64,000 nt of DNA from Gammaproteobacteria bacterium (GTDB lineage: Bacteria > Pseudomonadota > Gammaproteobacteria > JACCXJ01), in the NCBI GenBank assembly GCA_050740455.1, contig JBOIDF010000005.1, forward strand, positions 607-64,606. The letters are read 5' to 3'. Position numbers and translations under genes: made by a program. Position 1 is the stretch's first letter, and each line of letters starts with the position of its first letter. The notes below the pieces were generated by a model that saw only the letters and a program-made list of their open reading frames with translations, ran no database searches and was not told the origin of the DNA. Shown piece by piece: positions 17,782 through 27,100 of the stretch.

Positions 17782-18072
17782 ATGACCCTAGAGAAAACAG
17801 ACGTGGAGAGAATCGCATGGTTGGCGCAGCTAAAGTTGAGTGACAACGACATTCCCGAGTATGCGCGGCAGCTTTCCAGTATCCTGGCCTTGGTCGAACA
17901 GATGAACACCGTGGATACAGTCAGCGTCGCACCGCTCGCCCATCCTCTGGAGCTGAGCCTGAGACTCCGCGACGACGTGGTCACGGAAGGGGCTCAGAGA
18001 GAGACGTTTCAAGCGCTTGCCGCACACGTGGAGTCGGGACTTTATTGTGTCCCGAAGGTGATGGATACCTAG
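17782..18072 (+). CDS. gatC: Asp-tRNA(Asn)/Glu-tRNA(Gln) amidotransferase subunit C
   Basis: 96 aa: [41 protein letters not shown]...; immediately precedes gatA. Confidence 0.9.
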   Translation: MTLEKTDVERIAWLAQLKLSDNDIPEYARQLSSILALVEQMNTVDTVSVAPLAHPLELSLRLRDDVVTEGAQRETFQALAAHVESGLYCVPKVMDT

Positions 18073-18079
18073 CCGCCGG

Positions 18080-19534
18080 ATGTATAAAACTTCCCTAACA
18101 CAAATGTCGCGGGCGCTCGATCGGCGCGAGGTCTCGAGTGTTGAGCTGACCGAGATCTACCTCGATCGCATCGCCCGCATGGACGGGAAATACAATAGCT
18201 TCATCACGGTCACCGCGGATCTCGCGCGCACGCAAGCCAGGGAGGCCGATCAACGGCGACAGGCGAGTAACCATGGACCGCTCACGGGCATCCCGATCGC
18301 GCACAAAGACATTTTTTGTACCCGCGGGGTCAAGACGTCCTGCGGCTCGCGAATGCTGGACAACTTTATCGCTCCCTACGATGCGACAGTGGTCGAAAAG
18401 CTCCGGCGGGCCGGTATGGTGATGCTCGGCAAGACCAATATGGATGAATTCGCCATGGGATCGTCCAACGAGACCAGCTTTTACGGACCCGTGCGCAACC
18501 CTTGGGATCTCGAGCGCGTGCCGGGGGGCTCGTCCGGCGGCTCCGCCTGCACTGTCGCGGCCCGGTTGGCGCCCGCCGCCACCGGCACCGACACCGGCGG
18601 GTCTATACGCCAACCCGCGGCGCTCTGCGGTCTTACTGGCATTAAGCCCACCTATGGGACCGTGTCCCGCTATGGGATGATCGCCTATGCATCGAGCCTC
18701 GATCAAGGCGGACCGATCGCCCGTTCCGCCGAGGATGCGGCGCTATTGCTCACCGCCATGGCGGGCTTCGATGCGCGGGATTCGACCTCCGCCGAGCGCC
18801 CGGCCGAAGACTACTCGGCACACCTCGACGACTCGATCGATGGACTCCGGATCGGGCTCCCGCGCGAATTCTTCGGCGAAGGCTTAGACTCCCGGATAGG
18901 CGCTGTGATCGAATCCGCGGTGAAACAATTTGAACGCCTGGGGGCGGTCGTTTCCGAGATTTCACTGCCCAATACCCGCCTGTCCATCCCGGCGTACTAT
19001 GTGGTTGCGCCGGCCGAGTGCTCTTCCAACCTCGCCCGTTTCGATGGCGTACGTTACGGCTACCGTTGCGATGATGCGCTAGATATCAACGATCTCTTTT
19101 CCCGCTCCCGCGGGGAGGGGTTCGGCCCCGAGGTCAAGCGGCGCATCATGATCGGAACCTATGCTCTCTCGGCCGGTTACTACGATGCTTACTACCTCAA
19201 GGCGCAGCGGATCCGGCGACTCATTCGGGATGACTTTCACCGGGCCTTCGAGCAGGCCGATGTGATCCTCGGCCCGACCTCGCCGACCGTCGCCTTCAAG
19301 CTCGGCGAGAAGACCGGCGATCCGGTCACGATGTATCTCTCCGACATCTATACGATTTCGAGCAATCTGGCGGGATTACCGGCCCTGTCCATGCCGGCGG
19401 GCTTTGTCGGGCGTCTTCCCGTCGGTTTACAGCTCATCGGCGATCACTTCGGCGAAGCGCGGTTATTGAACGCGGCCCACCGCTACCAGCAAGCGACGGA
19501 CTGGCACGCGCGCGCCCCCCAGGGATGCGATTAG
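18080..19534 (+). CDS. gatA: Glutamyl-tRNA(Gln) amidotransferase subunit A
   Basis: Amidase signature GGSSGGSA and catalytic Ser-cisSer-Lys context; 484 aa. Confidence 0.95.
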   Translation: MYKTSLTQMSRALDRREVSSVELTEIYLDRIARMDGKYNSFITVTADLARTQAREADQRRQASNHGPLTGIPIAHKDIFCTRGVKTSCGSRMLDNFIAPYDATVVEKLRRAGMVMLGKTNMDEFAMGSSNETSFYGPVRNPWDLERVPGGSSGGSACTVAARLAPAATGTDTGGSIRQPAALCGLTGIKPTYGTVSRYGMIAYASSLDQGGPIARSAEDAALLLTAMAGFDARDSTSAERPAEDYSAHLDDSIDGLRIGLPREFFGEGLDSRIGAVIESAVKQFERLGAVVSEISLPNTRLSIPAYYVVAPAECSSNLARFDGVRYGYRCDDALDINDLFSRSRGEGFGPEVKRRIMIGTYALSAGYYDAYYLKAQRIRRLIRDDFHRAFEQADVILGPTSPTVAFKLGEKTGDPVTMYLSDIYTISSNLAGLPALSMPAGFVGRLPVGLQLIGDHFGEARLLNAAHRYQQATDWHARAPQGCD

Positions 19535-19543
19535 GCTAGCGGT

Positions 19544-20983
19544 ATGGATTGGGAACCCGTTATCGGACTCGAAATTCACGCGCAGCTCGCGACAAGAAGC
19601 AAGATCTTTTCCGGGGCCGCCACCGCGTACGGCGCCCTTCCGAATACGCAGGCCTGCGGCGTCGATCTGGGGCTGCCCGGGGTGCTGCCGGTGCTCAATA
19701 AAGAAGCCGTGAGGATGGCGGTGAAGTTCGGCCTCGCGATCCATGCGGACATCAGCCGGCGATCGGTATTCGCGCGCAAGAACTATTTCTACCCCGATCT
19801 CCCCAAAGGCTATCAGATCAGCCAGTATGAGATCCCCATCGTTAGACAGGGATCGATCGAGATCGAGGGCGAAAACGGCGCGGTTTTGCGCATTGGCATC
19901 ACCCGCGCCCACCTCGAAGAGGATGCCGGGAAATCGCTCCATGAAGCCGTTCACGGAATGTCAGGCATCGACTTGAACCGAGCGGGAACGCCGCTGCTTG
20001 AAATCGTCTCGGAGCCGGAGCTGCGTTCGGCCAAGCAAGCCGTCGCTTACATGAAAAAGATCCATAGCTTAGTCCGGTACCTCGAAATCTGCGATGGAAA
20101 CATGCAGGAAGGCTCGTTCCGCTGTGACGCCAACGTCTCGGTCCGCCCGCAAGGACAAACCACGTTCGGGACTCGGGCCGAAATTAAAAACCTGAACTCG
20201 TTTCGCTTCGTCGAGCGAGCCATCAATTACGAGATTGAACGGCAGATCGACTTGCTTGGATCCGGCGGGCGGGTCATCCAGGAGACCAGGCTCTACGATG
20301 CCGAACGCGGCGAGACCCGCTCGATGCGCTTAAAAGAAGAGGCCAACGATTACCGGTATTTTCCCGATCCCGATCTCTTACCCTTGGATCTCAGCGAAGA
20401 ATTCATTGCCGGGGTCGAGGCTACGCTACCCGAGCTCCCCGATGCCAAGAAACACCGGTTCATGGCGGAGTTCGGGTTGTCGCCTTATGGCGCGGCGCTG
20501 CTGACGGCGAACCGGGAGACCGCGGATTATTTCGAGGCCACCGTTGCGGCCTCTGGAGGTCAGGCCAAGCTCTGCGCCAACTGGGTGATGGTCGAATTGA
20601 TGGCCGCGCTGAACCGTGAGGGCAAAGACATCACCCAAAGCCCCATCAGCCCGGCGCTGCTCGGGGGAATGCTAGTTCGGATCGCCGACGGCACGATCTC
20701 CGGGAAGATCGCCAAAGAGGTGTTCGAGGCCCTATGGAACGGCGAGGGGGAGGCCGACGAAATCATTCGCGACCGGGGGTTAAAGCAGGTCACCGATACG
20801 GCCGCGATTGCGGCGATGATCGAGGAGGTGCTACAGGAAGGCCCCTCGCAAGTCGCTCAATACCGCTCCGGTAAGGAACAATTGCTTGCTTACTTCGTGG
20901 GGAAAGTCATGAAAAAATCCAAGGGCAAAGCCAACCCACAGCAGATCAATACGATCCTCAAAAAGAAGCTAGAAAGTCCCTGA
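19544..20983 (+). CDS. gatB: Asp-tRNA(Asn)/Glu-tRNA(Gln) amidotransferase subunit B
   Basis: [15 protein letters not shown]...; C-terminal GatB/YqeY domain; 479 aa. Confidence 0.95.
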   Translation: MDWEPVIGLEIHAQLATRSKIFSGAATAYGALPNTQACGVDLGLPGVLPVLNKEAVRMAVKFGLAIHADISRRSVFARKNYFYPDLPKGYQISQYEIPIVRQGSIEIEGENGAVLRIGITRAHLEEDAGKSLHEAVHGMSGIDLNRAGTPLLEIVSEPELRSAKQAVAYMKKIHSLVRYLEICDGNMQEGSFRCDANVSVRPQGQTTFGTRAEIKNLNSFRFVERAINYEIERQIDLLGSGGRVIQETRLYDAERGETRSMRLKEEANDYRYFPDPDLLPLDLSEEFIAGVEATLPELPDAKKHRFMAEFGLSPYGAALLTANRETADYFEATVAASGGQAKLCANWVMVELMAALNREGKDITQSPISPALLGGMLVRIADGTISGKIAKEVFEALWNGEGEADEIIRDRGLKQVTDTAAIAAMIEEVLQEGPSQVAQYRSGKEQLLAYFVGKVMKKSKGKANPQQINTILKKKLESP

Positions 20984-21048
20984 ACCGCCGGTGGTTCCTA
21001 CGTTGGTTCCTCGATATGTACTGAGAGATCCAGAAAGTAGGGCGGCGC

Positions 21049-21660
21049 CTACCCTCGTCCCGGACTCCGCGTAAGCTCCTGCAACGTTGCTAGCCACCTC
21101 GCCCAATCCGTCACAAGCCGCGATACCGATCGGGAAGCCTCGGCTCCGAAGACGTCCGCCTGTCCGGAAGAGTGCACGATCCATGCTTCTTTCGCACCTG
21201 CATCGAGATACAGTTGCACACGCTCTTGAAGCTCGCCATAGGTGTTCGAGGGCGACATCACTTCGATACAGAGCTCAGGCGCTTCTTCGAACGCAGCCGC
21301 CCAGTCCTCCCATATGCGAACGTGGCGAGTGAGGAACGCCGTCGAGCACCACACCACATCTGCGACCCGTAGACCCCCCGAGGTTACGATTGCACATTCG
21401 GTGAACGCCTTACTGCCAAGCCGGTCCTCAAGCAACCTCACCAAGCTCGAGGCGATACTCATATGACGGGGACTTGCGGGCGGTGTCATTTCGATATGCC
21501 CCCATTTGTTGAGCTCAATCCGATACGGCAGATTGCGGAGTGTGGGATCTTCCAATACCCCCGCCCACCGTAGTACGAGCTCGGCGGGAGCAAAGGCTTT
21601 GCGTGTAGCGGGTGAGACAACGGACATTAGGCCAATCTCTCGAGGTGTAAGGCTCTTCAT
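21049..21660 (-). CDS. Uma2-family (DUF820) PD-(D/E)xK endonuclease
   Basis: MKSLTPREIGL...APELCIEVMSPSNTYGELQERVQLYLDAGAKEAWIVH matches the Uma2 motif PDLxVEVLSPSxxxxDxxxKxxxYxxxGVxEYWIVD. Confidence 0.75.
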   Translation of the reverse strand: MKSLTPREIGLMSVVSPATRKAFAPAELVLRWAGVLEDPTLRNLPYRIELNKWGHIEMTPPASPRHMSIASSLVRLLEDRLGSKAFTECAIVTSGGLRVADVVWCSTAFLTRHVRIWEDWAAAFEEAPELCIEVMSPSNTYGELQERVQLYLDAGAKEAWIVHSSGQADVFGAEASRSVSRLVTDWARWLATLQELTRSPGRG

Positions 21661-21851
21661 ATTAGCACTCCGCCTCGCTCCGTGCATGCCTCCCCGTTTT
21701 GGTCTATGTCGTAGAAAAGGGGTGAGTTAGCAGTTTTTTTGCGCGTTACCCCGCTACGCGGGTTTCTTTCGTTGACCGGCCCAACGTTCACGTTAACCCG
21801 CGAGCAGAAGCGGTGCGAACCGCCGCTTCCGCGTCCCTCTCAAGGCGGCTG

Positions 21852-22402
21852 TTAGGCCAACCCCAAAGCTTGTTGAGACGCAGCGATGCGACGACGTAGC
21901 CCGACCTTTTTATCCAGAACGTCGGCTAATCCTCGATCAATGCGCTTGAGCAACTCAGTCGCATCAGCTGGACACGTAAGCGTAATGAATTCTCTGTTCG
22001 GAGAGAGGTACACGACTACTTTCTTGCCTCGTTCAAGGAGATTCAAAACATTGTTGACTGTTCCTTGGCTTTCACCGTCCCAAATCATAAGACCGTAGTC
22101 TGCTTCGTCACTCATGGCGATATCCTTCGCTGTAAAAAACTTGAAGTCCCGACGAACGCGATCTACCTTTATTTTTCGCGTACTCCAATGACCCAGGTTG
22201 TTTCGGCATAAATCACCAGCATAAAACACGACGACGTTGTCATATCCACGCTCTAAAAGAACCCTTGAATCGCTTTATCAACCCCGTTGGCATCGCCAAC
22301 GAGAATCTGAAGACCTTCGGCGATCATGTTCTCCGCCCGAGATTTCACTTGCGGGTTCAATCGTCCAAGCCGCCGAGATCCACCAAAAAACACTTTTTTC
22401 AT
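21852..22402 (-). pseudogene. SLOG-superfamily (LOG/DprA-like Rossmann) protein, interrupted by a single frameshift near 22254-22262
   Basis: N-terminal part MKKVFFGGSRRLGRL...LVGDANGVDKAIQGFF* (22402-22253), continuing in another frame as LLERGYDNVVVFYAGDL...LMIWDGESQGTVNNVLNLLERGKKVVVYL... (to 21852). Matches VFCGSR / GxAxGID / PGGxGTxxE-type SLOG motifs. GC is much lower than the flanks. Confidence 0.55.
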
Positions 22403-22430
22403 CGCTTGCTCCGAGTTCGGGTGAAAGTAA

Positions 22431-22551
22431 GTGCACGATCCATGCTTCTTGCGCACCTGCATCGAGATACAGTTGCACGCGCTTTTGAAGCTCGCCATAG
22501 GTGTTCGAGGGCGACATCACTTCGATACAGAGCTCAGGCGCTTCTTCGTGC
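22431..22551. repeat. 125-bp near-identical direct duplicate of the Uma2 3' coding segment (copy of 21172-21296)
   Basis: About 120 nt matching 21172-21296 with 4 mismatches. Encodes ...CIEVMSPSNTYGELQKRVQLYLDAGAQEAWIVH in the minus frame. Abuts the opgG stop. Confidence 0.7.
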
Positions 22552-22564
22552 AGCCCCCCAGCCG

Positions 22565-24103
22565 TTACGGCGGGAGCAGCAGATAACTCCAGGTTTCAGA
22601 GATATCTTTGCCGTCGCTACGCAGCCCAACGCGAATCTCGACCGGCTGGTCGCTCTGTTTGCGGCGCATGCGCAGCGACACCCGCCAGCCTCCGGTCGCA
22701 TCGTTGCGAAACACCTGGTGCTCGAGAAGCTCACCCGTATCACCTAACCATACCTGGCCCTTGACTTCGGCGTCCGGTTTGAGTTTTTTCAGCGCAGCCC
22801 CTTCGAAGTCGATCATAAACAATAGCGAGTCGTCGGCGTGTGTCCGGAAGCCGTGTCCGCTGCGCGATTGCACGACCGCGGAATGCGGAGGCTCGGCGAT
22901 CTTATCGTGCTGCCAAGACAGACGGTACTCAAAGCTCGTCGCCTGGCGCGGCTCCGCGACGTGCTTTGGAACCCAGTAGGCGACGATGTTGTCGTTGGTC
23001 TCACCCGGGGTCGGGAGAAGCACCAGCTCCACGCGCCCCGGTCCCCAGTCGCCTTTGGGCGTGATCCAGGCGGTAGGGCGCAGCTCGTAGCGCGCCTCCA
23101 GATCCTGGTAATTCCGGAAATCGCGGTCGCGCTGCATCAACCCGAAGCCGCGCGGATTGTGCGCGCCGAAGCTGCTCACCCACAGCCTTTTCGGATTGAC
23201 CAGCGGACGCCAGATCCACTCGCCGTGAGCAGTCTGGACGAGCAACCCGTCGGAATCATGCACTTCGGGGCGGTATTCGTGGGAAGGGGCGGGCTGGTTC
23301 TCCGCGAAATAGAACATCGTGGTCAGCGGAGCGATTCCCAGCTTGGCGCCCTTTTCGCGCTGGAAAATATTCGCGTTCACGTCCATGTATGTTTCTTCGC
23401 CGGGGTGGATGATGAAACGATAGGCGCCGGTTACTCGTCTGGAGTCGAGCAGCGCATACACGACCAGATGTTTGGCGTTCGCCGCGGGACGCTCGAGCCA
23501 GAATTCTCTGAAGGCCGGGATTTCCTCGCCCGTGTCTTCCCCTGTGTCCACCGCGAGCCCGCGCGCCGAGAGTCCGTAGCGCTGCCCCTTACCCACGGCG
23601 CGGAAATAGCTCGCGCCTAGAAACACCGCAACCTCGTCCTTGTACTCCTGATTGTTGATCGGGTAGTGCACGCGGAAACCCGCGAAACCTGCATCCGCGA
23701 ACTTGCTGATGTCAAAGGTGTTCTTGCCATAATGGAAGTCACTGGAATCGAAGCGAAACGGCTTCACGCCTCCCGCTTCAACCACGTTGACCCTGATCGG
23801 ATGACGGAAGTTGAGTCCCGCGTGGAAGAACCGAATCTCGAACGGTAGACTGGCGGACTGCCACAGCGATTTTTCGTCCCGAAAGCGGATGTCTCGATAC
23901 TGGTCGTAGGTGATGTCCCTGAGCTCGCGAGGCAGATTCTCGCGTGGCGCTTCAAAACGCTTTTCCGCGAGGGCGCGAGCCAGGGCGGTGACGTCTTCGA
24001 GTCCTAAAGCGAAAGCCGGCGCCGAAATCATGCACCCGGCAACGAGGCTCATCCAGTAAATTGCAACCGGCCGCATTTCGAGCGTAATAAGTTCAGACCA
24101 CAT
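22565..24103 (-). CDS. opgG: Periplasmic glucan biosynthesis protein OpgG/MdoG family (GH186-type beta-1,2-glucan-acting enzyme)
   Basis: Signal peptide ...CMISAPAFA. About 500 aa with the MdoG-like blocks DITYDQYRDIRF, FEIRFFHAGLNF, and GFGLMQRDRDF. Confidence 0.8.
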   Translation of the reverse strand: MWSELITLEMRPVAIYWMSLVAGCMISAPAFALGLEDVTALARALAEKRFEAPRENLPRELRDITYDQYRDIRFRDEKSLWQSASLPFEIRFFHAGLNFRHPIRVNVVEAGGVKPFRFDSSDFHYGKNTFDISKFADAGFAGFRVHYPINNQEYKDEVAVFLGASYFRAVGKGQRYGLSARGLAVDTGEDTGEEIPAFREFWLERPAANAKHLVVYALLDSRRVTGAYRFIIHPGEETYMDVNANIFQREKGAKLGIAPLTTMFYFAENQPAPSHEYRPEVHDSDGLLVQTAHGEWIWRPLVNPKRLWVSSFGAHNPRGFGLMQRDRDFRNYQDLEARYELRPTAWITPKGDWGPGRVELVLLPTPGETNDNIVAYWVPKHVAEPRQATSFEYRLSWQHDKIAEPPHSAVVQSRSGHGFRTHADDSLLFMIDFEGAALKKLKPDAEVKGQVWLGDTGELLEHQVFRNDATGGWRVSLRMRRKQSDQPVEIRVGLRSDGKDISETWSYLLLPP

Positions 24104-24131
24104 TTTTTTCCGAGGCTACGTTCGTTAAGAT

Positions 24132-27100
24132 TCAGTTCAGTCGACCACTTTCGGTCGCCTTCGACCCCTCCTGCTCGATCTGCCGCCCGCGATAGCAGAG
24201 GCGCTTGACCTGCAAACGCCCCTTGCGCAGGAAAAGGTCTTGAGTCAGCTTGAGCTTGCCGCCTTCGACCCGCAGTCCGAGCAGTTCGTAGGCGGTGGAG
24301 AGCATGCGCGCAGCTGCGCCCGTGTACCAACTCCAGCCACCGCGACCTTCGTAGCCCGGACCGTCGTAAACATCCGCCGGCTGCTGATGCGGTGGCAGTC
24401 CGTAGATGTCTGTCTGATCGCTCTTGCTTAGCGGCGATATCTTGATCCACAAATCCACGGCGTACGCGCGGCAGCGTTCGGCTAGTTCGGGCGTCTCGTC
24501 AGCGCAGCGCAGCAGCGCATCCACTAGCCACGAGACGCCGTGCGAGTACTGACCCCCATTTTCGCGCACCCCGGGCGGATACTCCGCGATACGTCCAGGA
24601 TAAGGCAGCGAGTGCTCCGTGAAAGGCGGGGTCAGCAGTAGCACGCGGTTGCTCTTCTCCAGACGCTTGAGTCCCATCTCAAGCACTGCATGGGCGCGCG
24701 TCGCATCCACTGCCCCGGACAGGAGCGGCCAAGCGCTCGTGAGCGCGCTGCACAATTTGAATTCTTCGCCCTCATCGGTAATCGCGCGTAGATACCCGTC
24801 CTCGCGCCACATCGCCCCAAGAGCCGCAGATAGGTTTCTCGCTTCCTTGAGATAGCGGCTCTTGGCTTCTTGACCTTGGCAGCGTTCGGCGAGACTCGCG
24901 AACCTAACAAGCACATCGTGCAAGAAGAAGCCCAGCCATACGCTTTCCCCCTTGCCCTTGATACCGGGCACATCGAGGCCGTCGTTCCAGTCGCCAGAGC
25001 CGAGCAGCGGGAGATCATGCGCGCCGCGCCGCGCGAGAGTGTATTCCACCGCGCGCCGGCAATGCTCGTAAACCGAACCGGTATCGCGCGAGGGCCTGGG
25101 CGCGAACAAGAATCCTTCATGACCCTTCGGCACCGGCCGGCCTTCCAGGAAGGCGACCTGCTCCTCCAGAACGCCAGTGTCGCCACTAGCTTCTACGTAG
25201 CGAGCCACCACATAGGGTAACCAAAGATGCGGATCGGAGGCGCGGGTGCGAACCGCGATTCCGGTCTTGCCTTCCCACGAGGGATGCCACCACTTGACGC
25301 AATCGCCCTCGATAAATTGCTGCGCCGCGTGTAGCACGATCTGGCTGCGCGCCCACTCGGGCTTGAGGAAGGTGAGTGGCAGCACGTCCTGCAACTGGTC
25401 GCGGAAGCCGTAGGCGCCGCTGCGCTGGCTGGATCCGGTGCGCCCCCATAATCGTGCACACAGGAGCTGGTACGGCAGCCAGTCGTTCACCAAGCGGTCG
25501 AAAGCCGGTTCATTGGTCTCGACGCGCACGACGGATAGCGTCTCGTTCCACCACGCCTTAGTTTTTTCCAGCGCTAGTTCTGCCGCCCGCGGTTCGAGAT
25601 AGGCGCGCGCGAGCGCAGTCGCCTGCGCCTGGTCGGCGGCTTGACCGAGCGCGAGCACCACCGTCACCTCCTTTCCCGCGGCAATCTCCAGCTCGACGAC
25701 AAAGCTCGCTATGCGGCGTCCGTCATCAACCCGCCCCCTATCGGGCTGGCCATGCTCGACCATATACGGTCGCGCGAGATCGCGCCCCTCGCCGCCCACG
25801 AAGCGCTCGCGGACGGTTTCGTGTGTCTGGCATCTAAGGTTCACGGCGGCGAAAGCCACACCCTTGCGAAAATCATTACCGGCATTTTCGAAATAGAGCA
25901 CGCCGGGCGTCGGGTCCGCCCAGGCGTGCACGCGACCACAGCTGTCCGGCGGCACTTCCGCCAACACCATTTCCACGTAAGGGACGACCCTGAAGCGCCT
26001 CGCTATCGTTCCCAAGTTACGGATACGCAGCAGTTTGATCTCCACTGCGCAGTCCAGCGGGACAAAGGCGGTCAGATCGAGCTTAAGTCCAACGCTCTCT
26101 TTGCGGTAACGCGCATAACCCAGCCCGAAGAAAACCTCGTGTTTGGCTTCCTGCTTGCGGTAAGGCACGAAGCCCGCAGTCTCGGCGACCCCGGTTTTGA
26201 TATCAAAGATATAAATCGCCTGTCCAGGGAGCTGCGCCGGCATGCTGTCCAGATTGAAAGGCGAAAGGGCGTTCTGCTGCGCATTGCCGGCGAAGGAAAA
26301 GATCTCTCCATCGCTACCCGCGACAAAGCCTTGGCCCAGCGGATTGGCGACGAGATGCGCCCAAGGACGCTGCGCGTCGCAAGGCACCGAAAGTTCACGC
26401 CCATCCTCAGAGAAACCGCTGTGCACTGTGGTGCGCCTGGGAGCGGCGTGTAGCCTACGTCTGCGTGCGAAGCTCGCTTTTAGAGTGGCCTCATCTGGCT
26501 TCGCAACCTCGAGATGCCGGGCAATCAAAGCGGCCGCTTGATGCTCGTCCTCGGCATAACCATCCACGAAAGGTACCTCGACGGTCGCACCTGGGGGCAA
26601 CTCCACCCTAAGTCTCAAGCTTGCCGCCGGATCGAAGCTGTAGAGCAACCCTTCATCGGCAGGATCGCGCAGCGCCTGGCCAGAGAACACGGCCGGCTGC
26701 CTCAATGTGCCCAAGCCGATGAAATGGGTGCGGGAGTCCTCGTAACCTACAAGGCGCACGCCTTCATTCGCGCGCACCGCATGAAAACCGACTTCGCGGC
26801 ACATGCGCTGCACGGCGGGATCTCTTGCATTGTTCCGCATGAGGCGATTGCGCGCAATGATCGCGTTTAATGGGGCCGCGAAGCAGGTACCCACGTGCAT
26901 TGCCGCAAAGAAGGGCGAGCGGCGGTAGGCTTCGATTGGCCCCACAGCGAGCTCTTGGTAACTCGTAATTTCGACGATGCGCGCACGCTGCTCAAGGTTG
27001 GTTAGATAGATGGCCCAGCTTTCCACGGGGTCGCGGGCATCGAGAGTCACCCAAGCTTCCGCGCGCAGCCTGCCGTAGCTGTTGACGATACGCAGCGTAC

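Noticed and set aside
22838-23620. 260-aa plus-strand ORF antisense to opgG
   Set aside because: Fully contained in the opposite strand of the OpgG CDS. No recognizable motifs.
25641-26453. 270-aa plus-strand ORF, and the 28570-29256 minus ORF, within the NdvB-like gene
   Set aside because: Alternative or antisense frames of a continuous 1827-codon ORF with strong GH94 similarity; not independent genes.
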